In this document: positions 32,711 to 40,150 of the stretch, one piece after another
Position numbering within the stretch: the first letter of the stretch is position 1
Layout of the letters: each line of letters opens with the position of its first letter
NCBI GenBank assembly: GCA_009694755.1
Contig: SICU01000002.1
Location: 1-42,090, forward strand
Direction: 5' to 3'
Source: Candidatus Pacearchaeota archaeon
Lineage (GTDB): Archaea > Nanobdellota > Nanobdellia > Pacearchaeales > GW2011-AR1
Length of the DNA stretch: 42,090 nt
The notes under the pieces: model-generated
Database searches by the model: none
Seen by the model: the letters and a program-made list of their open reading frames with translations, nothing else
What the model was told of the DNA's origin: nothing
Made by a program: the position numbers and the translations under genes

Positions 32711-32744
32711 GTTGTTTTTTCATCACCTATTCTTTTCGCAATTC

Positions 32745-33044
32745 TCAATCTTCAATAGTTTCGTCGGAGAAACCTAATTTTACAAGCACTGCGCGTACTT
32801 GTCTTTTATGGTCTCCTTGCAATTCTACTGTTCTATCTCGAATTGTTCCACCGCAGGCAAGCTTATCTTTCAAAGATTTAGCCGTCGCTTTTAAGTCGAT
32901 ACTTTTATCAAAGCCCGACACAAGCGTGGTAACCTTCCCGTAACGACGTTTTTCCGTCGATACTTTTATCTTTTGCTCACTTTTCGCCAAGTCTTCCCAG
33001 GCGATTGCGGAAACAGGTAATCCCGTTCTTGGATCTATTTCCAT
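32745..33044 (-). CDS. translation initiation factor aSUI1 (eIF1/YciH family)
   Basis: KVSTEKRRYGKVTTLVSGFD ... KSLKDKLACGGTIRDRTVELQGDHKRQVRAVLVKLGF. It lies in the usual archaeal slot between L29 and S17. Confidence 0.9.
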   Translation of the reverse strand: MEIDPRTGLPVSAIAWEDLAKSEQKIKVSTEKRRYGKVTTLVSGFDKSIDLKATAKSLKDKLACGGTIRDRTVELQGDHKRQVRAVLVKLGFSDETIED

Positions 33045-33047
33045 AGT

Positions 33048-33251
33048 TTATTTTTTCTTCAATGTACCGAATTTTTCCGACGCATTGAATGTGAATATTC
33101 TCGCAATAGCCTTTTTAATCTCTTTGGTTTTGCCTTTCGCTTTTTGTGCAGTTACAGACGACTTTACTAATTCCATTTTTAAATCTTTAAGTTTTTCTGC
33201 TCTTGATTTAGCGTCCATCTTGGAAACATCCTTTGCTCTTAAAATCGCCAT
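33048..33251 (-). CDS. rpl29: 50S ribosomal protein L29 (uL29)
   Basis: MAILRAKDVSKMDAKSRAEKLKDLKMELVK. There is a TAATG overlap with S3. Confidence 0.9.
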   Translation of the reverse strand: MAILRAKDVSKMDAKSRAEKLKDLKMELVKSSVTAQKAKGKTKEIKKAIARIFTFNASEKFGTLKKK

Positions 33252-33934
33252 TAAATATTACTCTCCTTTTTACGAGATTTTTTCTTTTCAACAGGAATAA
33301 CTTTCAGTTCATTTATTTTTTTCTTTATTTTATTTATCATATCTTCATTTACAATAATTTGATCGTGAATGTGTGCGTCCGGTGGTAAAATGCTTACTTT
33401 AATTCCTACGACTCCCATGTTAGTAACTGCTTGCGCTTGTGCTTTTTTAACAACTTTGGAAGGCTCTCCAGTTTTCTTCAAATAACCTTGAGTAAATCTC
33501 CAAGTCTTCGCTCTTTCACTTGGAAGTTTTCCTGATAAAACTAATTCTGCACCCAACGCTCCTGAATTCATAATGCTACTCAAAGATTTATATGCGATAG
33601 TTTTGAATTTCAAAGAACCCTTTTGTTCTATTTGTATCGCAACACTATCTGCAACAAGTTGAGAATCAAGAGATTGCATAATAATTTCTTTTATATCAAT
33701 ATGAGGATTATCCATTTTAAATTTCTTTTTTAAAATTGTAGTAAGCTCTTGTATTTTTTCGCCCCTATGTCCAATTACAAGTCCAGGCCTATTCGTGGAA
33801 ACAATAATTTTTTCTCCGATTGGAGTATATTCAATATTTACATCGCTAATTCTTCCTTTACCGAGCGATTGCTTAACATATTCTTTAATTCCCAATTCGT
33901 CTTGTTTAAATTTTACAAACTTTTTTTCTTCCAT
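33251..33934 (-). CDS. rps3: 30S ribosomal protein S3 (uS3)
   Basis: The KH domain is VSTNRPGLVIGHRGEKIQELTTILKKKF, together with GAELVLSGKLPSERAKTWRFTQGYL. Confidence 0.95.
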   Translation of the reverse strand: MEEKKFVKFKQDELGIKEYVKQSLGKGRISDVNIEYTPIGEKIIVSTNRPGLVIGHRGEKIQELTTILKKKFKMDNPHIDIKEIIMQSLDSQLVADSVAIQIEQKGSLKFKTIAYKSLSSIMNSGALGAELVLSGKLPSERAKTWRFTQGYLKKTGEPSKVVKKAQAQAVTNMGVVGIKVSILPPDAHIHDQIIVNEDMINKIKKKINELKVIPVEKKKSRKKESNI

Positions 33935-33935
33935 T

Positions 33936-34466
33936 TTATTTTTTCCCTACCTCTTTCGCTTCAAGGATGATATATGCTCTTTTTCCTTTTTCTCCGCCTC
34001 TTCTTCTAGGTCGTGGAGCCAAGTTAGCCGACGCAGTCGTGATTCTTGTTTTACTCAAGTCTAAACCATTAACAAGAACATTCCCTTTTAAAGTTTTCAA
34101 CATAGGAATAAACAAACTAATAGCACTAAGAGGATATCTTCCAGACATCATTCCTTTACCTTTTCTATGAGGAATTTCTCCCTTAAACGGAACTGCTCTC
34201 TTAAACAATTTAACTTGCTCAAGGTCAGCCATCGCTTTGTCAATAGATTTTCCTTTAATGAAAGCGCAAACATACATTCCGTGTCTCTTTGACATGTGAA
34301 GTCCTGGTCCTCTTGCAACCGCAACATCTTTTTTAGTCATTGATTTTGATTGTTTCTTTTCAACGATTTCTTTTTTAACATTTTCAGTTTTGTGTTCTTG
34401 TTTAACATCGGCAGAGCTAGGTGTTTCAGTTTTTTTCTCTTCAACGTGTTTATGTATTTCTGTCAT
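33936..34466 (-). CDS. rpl22: 50S ribosomal protein L22 (uL22) with charged N-terminal extension
   Basis: AVARGPGLHMSKRHGMYVCAFIKGKSIDKAMADLEQV ... YIILEAKE. A Lys/Glu-rich extension of about 45 aa precedes the conserved core. Confidence 0.9.
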   Translation of the reverse strand: MTEIHKHVEEKKTETPSSADVKQEHKTENVKKEIVEKKQSKSMTKKDVAVARGPGLHMSKRHGMYVCAFIKGKSIDKAMADLEQVKLFKRAVPFKGEIPHRKGKGMMSGRYPLSAISLFIPMLKTLKGNVLVNGLDLSKTRITTASANLAPRPRRRGGEKGKRAYIILEAKEVGKK

Positions 34467-34874
34467 TTACTTCTTAGCCGCCTTTGAACCTCTCGTAGCA
34501 CCGATACCAGCAGCAGAGTGATTAACTTTTTGTCTTGTCAACGCAAATTCTCCGAGTCTATGTCCAATCATTTCCATTTCAACTTTCAAATTTTCAAAAC
34601 TTTTTCCATTGTAAACTGCAATTTCCATTCCAATCATTTTAGGAATAATTATCAAATCTCTCAAATGTGTTCTGATTTTTTTCTTTCTTGAAATCTTTTC
34701 TTCTGCAGACTTTATAAATTTTTCAACAAATTCAGGATGTCTAAGAAGAGAACGTCTACTTCTTGCAGGCATATATTTCAAAGAGTCTCTCAATGACAAA
34801 GATTGCAATTGCTCCACACTCAATCCACAGAACTTTTTCTCTTTCGATTTGATAACTACATCTTGTACAACCAT
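34467..34874 (-). CDS. rps19: 30S ribosomal protein S19 (uS19)
   Basis: THLRDLIIIPKMIGMEIAVYNGKSFENLKVEMEMIGHRLGEFALTR. Confidence 0.95.
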   Translation of the reverse strand: MVVQDVVIKSKEKKFCGLSVEQLQSLSLRDSLKYMPARSRRSLLRHPEFVEKFIKSAEEKISRKKKIRTHLRDLIIIPKMIGMEIAVYNGKSFENLKVEMEMIGHRLGEFALTRQKVNHSAAGIGATRGSKAAKK

Positions 34875-35575
34875 TAACGTTTCTTCCTTCCTGTTCTGCT
34901 TGGTCTAATGTGTCCGACTTTACGTCCTGGAGGTGCGTTTCTCTTAGCTGTCTTTGATTTAATACGTTTACCTCTTCCAGAACCGAATGGGTGGTCTACT
35001 GCATTTGTAGCTACAGCAGATACTTTAGGCCATAATTTATTACGCGCCTTTGCTCTATAGTGGTGAACTCCAGCTTTCATCATTGGTTTCAAAGTTCTTC
35101 CGTCACCTGCAACGATTCCAATTGTAGCGCGACATTCACCATCTAATTTTACTTCATTTCTATTTGGCATTGTAATTCCAACACGTCCATCATCATATTT
35201 TTTATACACAATCGCTTTACTTCCAGAAGTTCTAATCATTTTTCCGCCATCTCCAGGGTTAACTTCTATGTTAAATATTTTTGTAGCAATAGGAATATGT
35301 TTCAAAGCCAAAATATTTCCATCAGCAATTTTTTCGACTCCTAAACTAATATCGCTTCCAAGTAATGCGCCAGAATGTGCGACGTTAAAAAATATAATTT
35401 TTCCCATCTTTACCTTTATCAAAGGTGCAGAATGCGCAGCAGAGTGTAATACTTTAATAATTTGTGCTTGACCTGAAACAATAGGATAACCGACACGATA
35501 AATAAACGCTTGTTTTCTTGCTTGATAAGATAAACTTCCTTTACCTCTTGCTTGCGAAATAATTCTCTTACCCAT
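34874..35575 (-). CDS. rpl2: 50S ribosomal protein L2 (uL2)
   Basis: GNILALKHIPIATKIFNIEVNPGDGGKMIRTSGS ... NAVDHPFGSGRGK. Confidence 0.97.
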   Translation of the reverse strand: MGKRIISQARGKGSLSYQARKQAFIYRVGYPIVSGQAQIIKVLHSAAHSAPLIKVKMGKIIFFNVAHSGALLGSDISLGVEKIADGNILALKHIPIATKIFNIEVNPGDGGKMIRTSGSKAIVYKKYDDGRVGITMPNRNEVKLDGECRATIGIVAGDGRTLKPMMKAGVHHYRAKARNKLWPKVSAVATNAVDHPFGSGRGKRIKSKTAKRNAPPGRKVGHIRPSRTGRKKR

Positions 35576-35814
35576 TATATCATTCCCAGCTTTGTTGCAA
35601 CGTCAATAGCTGGATTCTCCTTTGCAAGTCTAACATAAGCGTATTTTTTATTACTTCTAATTAACGTTCTAACTTTAATAACTTTAACGCCGAAGATTGT
35701 AGAAACTTCTTTAGAAATTCCATCTTTCGTTTCTCGTCTTCCAGTTTCAAATAATAAAGTATTCTCTAAGTCAATTAGCTTAACAGCTTTTTCGGAAGTT
35801 ATAGGTTTCAACAT
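35575..35814 (-). CDS. rpl23: 50S ribosomal protein L23 (uL23)
   Basis: PITSEKAVKLIDLENTLLFETGRRETKDGISKEVSTIFGVKVIKVRT. Confidence 0.92.
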   Translation of the reverse strand: MLKPITSEKAVKLIDLENTLLFETGRRETKDGISKEVSTIFGVKVIKVRTLIRSNKKYAYVRLAKENPAIDVATKLGMI

Positions 35815-36578
35815 TATTTAATCTCCTTAAGTGAATTTTCAGTATATAGAGTTAATCTTCCAAGAGGATACAAATCAGCGACGGTTACATCTCGCGCATT
35901 AATTACATCAACACCTTTAATAGATATTTTTTCTTTTTCACTTTTTACAAATAATAAACCAGAATTCTTTTTGTAAGTTCTTCCGCGCATTTTTCCTTTT
36001 CCAGTGCGCATAGATTTTTGTTGTAATGCAACTAAATAATTTTCTCCATATAATTTTCGTAACAACTCAATAAATTGTTTTGTTTTTATAGAACCGGTTA
36101 AACTCAAAACAACTGGAACATTAAGTTCAACATTTTTCAATCGTTCATATCTTTTAGAAACATAATTTTTAAGAGCAGTAGCTGCAAAAGCAGAATTAAC
36201 GGCGATAGTTTGTTCTCTTTCGTTTATTTTCAAAGGACGATATTTAAGACGGGGAGTATGAACTGCTCTTCCGCCACGAGCCATGTTAATTTCCGCACCC
36301 ACCCAATAAAATTGTTCTCCTCTTCTCCACATCGCTTTTCTTGGAACACGAGCAATACCTTTTCCGTAGTGTCCTTTCCAATCGTGTCTTAAATGACTTA
36401 TTGTTCCAGATGCAGAATGTCGTCTTCCAGCAGTTGGAGATGGAGCATAAGATGCATAAATTTTAGAAACTTCGTAAAATTTTTGAACTAAATCTTCTCT
36501 TACGCGAGTGTCAAACAAAGTAGGTAAAGTAACTTCGCCTTTTTTCGCACCAGTAATATCGACTATCTGTCCTTTCAT
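35814..36578 (-). CDS. rpl4: 50S ribosomal protein L4 (uL4)
   Basis: GRRHSASGTISHLRHDWKGHYGKGIARVPRK ... ARGGRAVHTPR. The ATG at 36578 overlaps the L3 stop as ATGA; the tracked ORF opens with TTG at 36584. Confidence 0.93.
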   Translation of the reverse strand: MKGQIVDITGAKKGEVTLPTLFDTRVREDLVQKFYEVSKIYASYAPSPTAGRRHSASGTISHLRHDWKGHYGKGIARVPRKAMWRRGEQFYWVGAEINMARGGRAVHTPRLKYRPLKINEREQTIAVNSAFAATALKNYVSKRYERLKNVELNVPVVLSLTGSIKTKQFIELLRKLYGENYLVALQQKSMRTGKGKMRGRTYKKNSGLLFVKSEKEKISIKGVDVINARDVTVADLYPLGRLTLYTENSLKEIK

Positions 36579-37513
36579 CTGCAATGCACCTCAATTAAAT
36601 CATATTTTTTTCTAATTTGTTTTAATGTTGGTCTTATAGGTTGAGTAACTAATATTTGTCTCATCGCAGGACCCTGAACACTTCCGTGAACAAGTAAATA
36701 TTGTCCTTTAACAAAACCATATTGTTTGAATGGTTTTGAAAATATTTTTTCTCCCGACATTCCCGAAGACAAAACTTTCAAATTGTAATGAACACGAGTA
36801 AACATCCCTAATTGTCCAGACAATGGAACTCTAAAGATAACTCTCGCAGGATGCCAAGGACCTAAACTTCCAGGTTTTCTTCTTCCCTTTTCAGATTTGT
36901 GAGCTTTCAAACTAATTCCAAATCTTTCAACTGGCCCAGAAAGTCCTTTACCTTTAGTCAATCCGCGAACGTCAACTAAATCTCCTTTCCAGAAATCGGA
37001 TAAGTTCAATTCTTTTCCAATCAAGTTTTTTACAACAGCGAGTTTATCTTTTCCACCGACAGCAACTTCAGCTAAATCTGGTGTTTTTTTTATACCAATA
37101 TGTCGAGGAATTGAATAAACTATAGCTCTTATTTCATCAAAATCTTTAACTGAATCAAGTAATGAGACATTAACGGGAGATTTCGCAACACGAACAACTC
37201 GTTTCAAATCTCTATCGTTTGAAACAACAAATTCTTGTGAGACAATTCCTTTTTTATAAAATCGCACAGAATAAATTTTCATCGGAGGAACTTCAAGAAC
37301 AGTTACTGGAACGGCCAATTTTTTACCAGGAGTCATAGATTTAGGAGTTCCATCTTTAACAATCGCGGTAGCCATTCCCGCTTTGTAAGCAATAAATCCT
37401 TTCAGACTATCTCCAGAAACAACACTCCAGTTAACACTAGGTAAAAACTTTTCAGCCCGTACACGGGGCCAAAACTGCAAACTTCCATATCTTGGTCTTG
37501 ATAATTTTGACAT
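36575..37513 (-). CDS. rpl3: 50S ribosomal protein L3 (uL3)
   Basis: RPRYGSLQFWPRVRA ... FIAYKAGMATAIV ... VRGLTKGKGLSGPVERFG. It is the first gene of the cluster. Confidence 0.96.
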   Translation of the reverse strand: MSKLSRPRYGSLQFWPRVRAEKFLPSVNWSVVSGDSLKGFIAYKAGMATAIVKDGTPKSMTPGKKLAVPVTVLEVPPMKIYSVRFYKKGIVSQEFVVSNDRDLKRVVRVAKSPVNVSLLDSVKDFDEIRAIVYSIPRHIGIKKTPDLAEVAVGGKDKLAVVKNLIGKELNLSDFWKGDLVDVRGLTKGKGLSGPVERFGISLKAHKSEKGRRKPGSLGPWHPARVIFRVPLSGQLGMFTRVHYNLKVLSSGMSGEKIFSKPFKQYGFVKGQYLLVHGSVQGPAMRQILVTQPIRPTLKQIRKKYDLIEVHCR

Positions 37514-37675
37514 ATTCCATTTTGTTTATGGTGCAACTCTTCCAAATTTATTAATGTCAAAGTACTTGAACGGCACTTTGAACATTCAAAAACAAATTTT
37601 TACTTTGTTTTTTAATGTTGACATGTAGCAACACGCAACATTTGATTCCTACATTTATATTTTAGAAAATGAGTA

Positions 37676-37709
37676 TATAAATCTTCGCCCCAAATATTGA
37701 AGATTTATA
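37676..37709. repeat. 11-bp inverted repeat (tataaatcttc / gaagatttata) with 12-nt loop
   Basis: Hand-checked pairing of 37676-37686 with 37699-37709. One arm contains a TTTATATA (minus strand) TATA-like box. Confidence 0.7.
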
Positions 37710-37731
37710 CTTAACAACATCAGTTGGCATT

Positions 37732-37768
37732 GTTTAAACTTTGCTCTATATTTTTGCAAAGTTTAAAC
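37732..37768. repeat. perfect 13-bp inverted repeat (gtttaaactttgc / gcaaagtttaaac) with 11-nt loop
   Basis: Hand-checked pairing of 37732-37744 with 37756-37768. Confidence 0.8.
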
Positions 37769-37806
37769 TAGAAAAATCCCGCGTATACAAGATTAAATTT
37801 TTCTAG
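37768..37806. repeat. 10-bp inverted repeat (ctagaaaaat / atttttctag) with 19-nt loop
   Basis: Hand-checked pairing of 37768-37777 with 37797-37806. It directly abuts the 13-bp inverted repeat. Confidence 0.7.
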
Positions 37807-37835
37807 CTTAAAATAAAAAATAAATTAAAAAGTTT
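37807..37835 (-). terminator. candidate archaeal oligo-T terminator downstream of the DoxX gene
   Basis: The minus strand reads AAACTTTTTAATTTATTTTTTATTTTAAG right after the stop at 37836-37838, giving three T-runs. Archaeal RNA polymerase terminates at oligo-T tracts. Confidence 0.3.
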
Positions 37836-38201
37836 TTACTTTCTTTTTGAATTAACACTAATCATCCAATAGTTAGATACAAGTGCAAGATGAATCAGAA
37901 TTTGTCCCCATTGAGGCCCATTCTGTCCAATAGTATAAACCGTAAATGTCGCAACTAATAAAATTAAAATTGGTGGCCAAACACTATATTCTAATTTCCA
38001 TTTTATAAGAATCGCTATACCGAATACTATCTCTGAAAGAATCAAAACCCCTGCAAAAAATGAGGGTGCTGGAAATCCGATACTGGCGAGCATATCGACA
38101 ATTGCAGAAGGTTTCATCACGAAAAGTTTTATCAAACCAGAAATTAACATAATTAATCCAAGCAAGACACGATTTACAGTTACTGCGTATTTATTAAACA
38201 T
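37836..38201 (-). CDS. DoxX-family membrane protein
   Basis: 121 aa with 4 TM helices. NRVLLGLIMLISGLIKLF is the typical DoxX N-terminus. GGAGG lies 4 nt upstream of the ATG. Confidence 0.6.
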   Translation of the reverse strand: MFNKYAVTVNRVLLGLIMLISGLIKLFVMKPSAIVDMLASIGFPAPSFFAGVLILSEIVFGIAILIKWKLEYSVWPPILILLVATFTVYTIGQNGPQWGQILIHLALVSNYWMISVNSKRK

Positions 38202-38263
38202 AATACCTCCAACAATAAATAAACTTAAGAATATTTAAAGTTATATTAAAATTTATATTAAAA

Positions 38264-38965
38264 TTATCCTCTTAACGGAAAAGTATAACTTTTATCAACA
38301 CCATCAATAGTTAACTTACGAACAACTTTTCCTATGCGAATAGCCTTTTCTCTCATCTGAATAGGGTCAGTTTCATTTTTTGGAATTTCAATATCTACAA
38401 TTTCAAAAGTATGCTTTGCTTCAGCAGTTTTATATTCCGTTACTTCGAAAAATAATTTTTTTGCAAATTCCGGATTTGTAGTTTTAAGTTTACAAAAATC
38501 TACTTTTATATTCTCTTTATCAGAACTAGAAGGTTTAGCAGATTTAGGTGATTTATTTTTTATTTTTAATTCACTTTTATCTGTAGAAAAAGATAAAGCA
38601 ATAAATGCGCGGGGAACAGAATCGCATAAAGCAATTATTTCGTCGCCAGAAAATTCTCCAGATATTGAATATTTTTTGACACCCATAAACTGACTTATTC
38701 CATTATGTTTAATATTTGAAGGCAAAGCTTTTGTAGAAACAATAACTCCATCAATTTTAGTTTTTTTAGTTCCAAGTTCTTCAGCACAATTTCTAACGAA
38801 TTCTCCAGAATATTCATTCGTTGTTACAAAAGAATAATTTCCTTTAACAAATTTACTTTGAACTATTGCTTTATTTGTAAAACTTCCACGACTATATTTT
38901 TCAAAATGAAGATGCGACAAAGTGTCTCCAACATTTTTATATAACTTATGTATAAAAAAATCCAT
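38264..38965 (-). CDS. hypothetical protein (no family recognised)
   Basis: A 233-aa soluble ORF with no competing ORF. TTTATAAA lies about 23 nt upstream of the ATG. It has a central Ser/Lys-rich linker (KNKSPKSAKPSSSDKEN). Confidence 0.5.
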   Translation of the reverse strand: MDFFIHKLYKNVGDTLSHLHFEKYSRGSFTNKAIVQSKFVKGNYSFVTTNEYSGEFVRNCAEELGTKKTKIDGVIVSTKALPSNIKHNGISQFMGVKKYSISGEFSGDEIIALCDSVPRAFIALSFSTDKSELKIKNKSPKSAKPSSSDKENIKVDFCKLKTTNPEFAKKLFFEVTEYKTAEAKHTFEIVDIEIPKNETDPIQMREKAIRIGKVVRKLTIDGVDKSYTFPLRG

Positions 38966-39058
38966 TTACTTATTTAGAAAATCGAGTTTATAAATGTAAA
39001 TATTGCTTTATGATTTTTCAACAATTTAACTTCGAATCAAATTGAACATTTAAGAAAG

Positions 39059-39066
39059 TTTATATA
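39059..39066 (+). promoter_or_regulatory. TATA-like box (TTTATATA) upstream of the AI-2E transporter gene
   Basis: It lies 22-29 nt upstream of the GTG at 39088. Confidence 0.3.
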
Positions 39067-39087
39067 GTAAAAAGCCGTCGGCAATAC

Positions 39088-40122
39088 GTGGCCTTGTCAA
39101 ATAAAGAAGTTCGTAGAATTTTCATAACTGGACTAGTATTATTATTATTGTTCCTTTCTTTTTTAATAGTGAAAACTATTGCTCTATCTATTATCGGAGG
39201 ATTAATTTTAGCGTATATATTCGTTCCAGTATACAAAAAAGTTCAAAAAATAATTAATCAAAGAAGTATTTCTGCAGGAATATTGTGCCTCATAGTTCTC
39301 ATTTTAATTATTGTTCCTTTATGGATTTTAATGCCAATTATGGTAACTCAAATTTTCAAATTATTTTCTCTGACTCAAAGTATCGACTTTTTGCAATTAT
39401 TCAAAACATTATTCCCTACTTCACAAATCGAATTTCAAGAAAAAATTACAACAATAACTATAGAATTTATTGGAAAACTTACTTCTGGAATTATCACTTA
39501 TCTCATTAGTTTTCTACAAAATTTACCCGTAGTTTTACTTAATCTAGCAGTAGTTTTATTTGTCTTTTTCTTTACATTAAGAGATCGTGAAGAATTATCT
39601 GATTTCATTTCAGGAATATCTCCCTTCAAAAAAGAAAAAGAATCTGTATTGATAAATCGTTTCAAAGGAATAACTTCTGCAATTATTTATGGTTATGTCA
39701 TAGTTGGAGCTATACAAGGTTTAGCTTTAGGACTCGGATTATTAATTTTCGGAATACCTAACGCACTAACAATAACTTTAATCGGAACTTTAGCTTCGAT
39801 GTTGCCGATGGTGGGCCCTTGGTTTGTTTGGATACCCGTAACTCTTGTTCTAATTATCGGCGGAAATGTTGGGATAGCAATAGGATTCGCAGTTTATTGC
39901 GCATTATTTGTTTCAACAATAGATAACATTTTAAGACCTTACATTGTCTCTCGTAAAACTGGAACTTCACCCGTAATAGTTTTGATTGGAATGATTGGAG
40001 GACTATTCGTCTTCAACATTTTAGGATTAATTCTCGGACCATTAATATTATCTTATTTAATTTTATTCTTAAGAGCTTACAAAGATGGAACAATTTCAGA
40101 GTTGTTTTCATCTTCGGAATGA
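39088..40122 (+). CDS. AI-2E family transporter (PerM/UPF0118)
   Basis: 344 aa and polytopic. VSTIDNILRPYIVSRKTGTSPVIVLIGMIGGLFVFNILGLILGPLIL matches the conserved C-terminal region. It has a GTG start, with TTTATATA 22-29 nt upstream. Confidence 0.75.
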   Translation: MALSNKEVRRIFITGLVLLLLFLSFLIVKTIALSIIGGLILAYIFVPVYKKVQKIINQRSISAGILCLIVLILIIVPLWILMPIMVTQIFKLFSLTQSIDFLQLFKTLFPTSQIEFQEKITTITIEFIGKLTSGIITYLISFLQNLPVVLLNLAVVLFVFFFTLRDREELSDFISGISPFKKEKESVLINRFKGITSAIIYGYVIVGAIQGLALGLGLLIFGIPNALTITLIGTLASMLPMVGPWFVWIPVTLVLIIGGNVGIAIGFAVYCALFVSTIDNILRPYIVSRKTGTSPVIVLIGMIGGLFVFNILGLILGPLILSYLILFLRAYKDGTISELFSSSE

Positions 40123-40150
40123 TTTTAAAGAGAGGTTACTTTTTTAGATT

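Noticed and set aside
32690-32723. An out-of-frame upstream ATG (32723, minus strand) just after a GGTGAT Shine-Dalgarno-like motif, opening a 33-codon frame that overlaps the S17 start.
   Set aside because: The frame does not encode S17-like sequence and it lacks the duplicated-junction signature of the other mini-ORFs. It is most simply a chance ATG in the spacer.
16951-36392. Antisense or alternate-frame tracked ORFs within the AglB operon, secY region and ribosomal genes. Examples: 16951-17415, 18991-19194, 20295-20477, 22437-22691, 26993-27259, 27192-27401, 27521-27736, 28409-28693, 29015-29371, 29730-29918, 30261-30647, 30401-30625, 31527-31907, 32570-32758, 32674-32943, 33085-33300, 33749-34064, 33967-34170, 35268-35471 and 36210-36392.
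   Set aside because: They are shadow ORFs overlapping confidently identified genes, with no motifs and no independent start signals.
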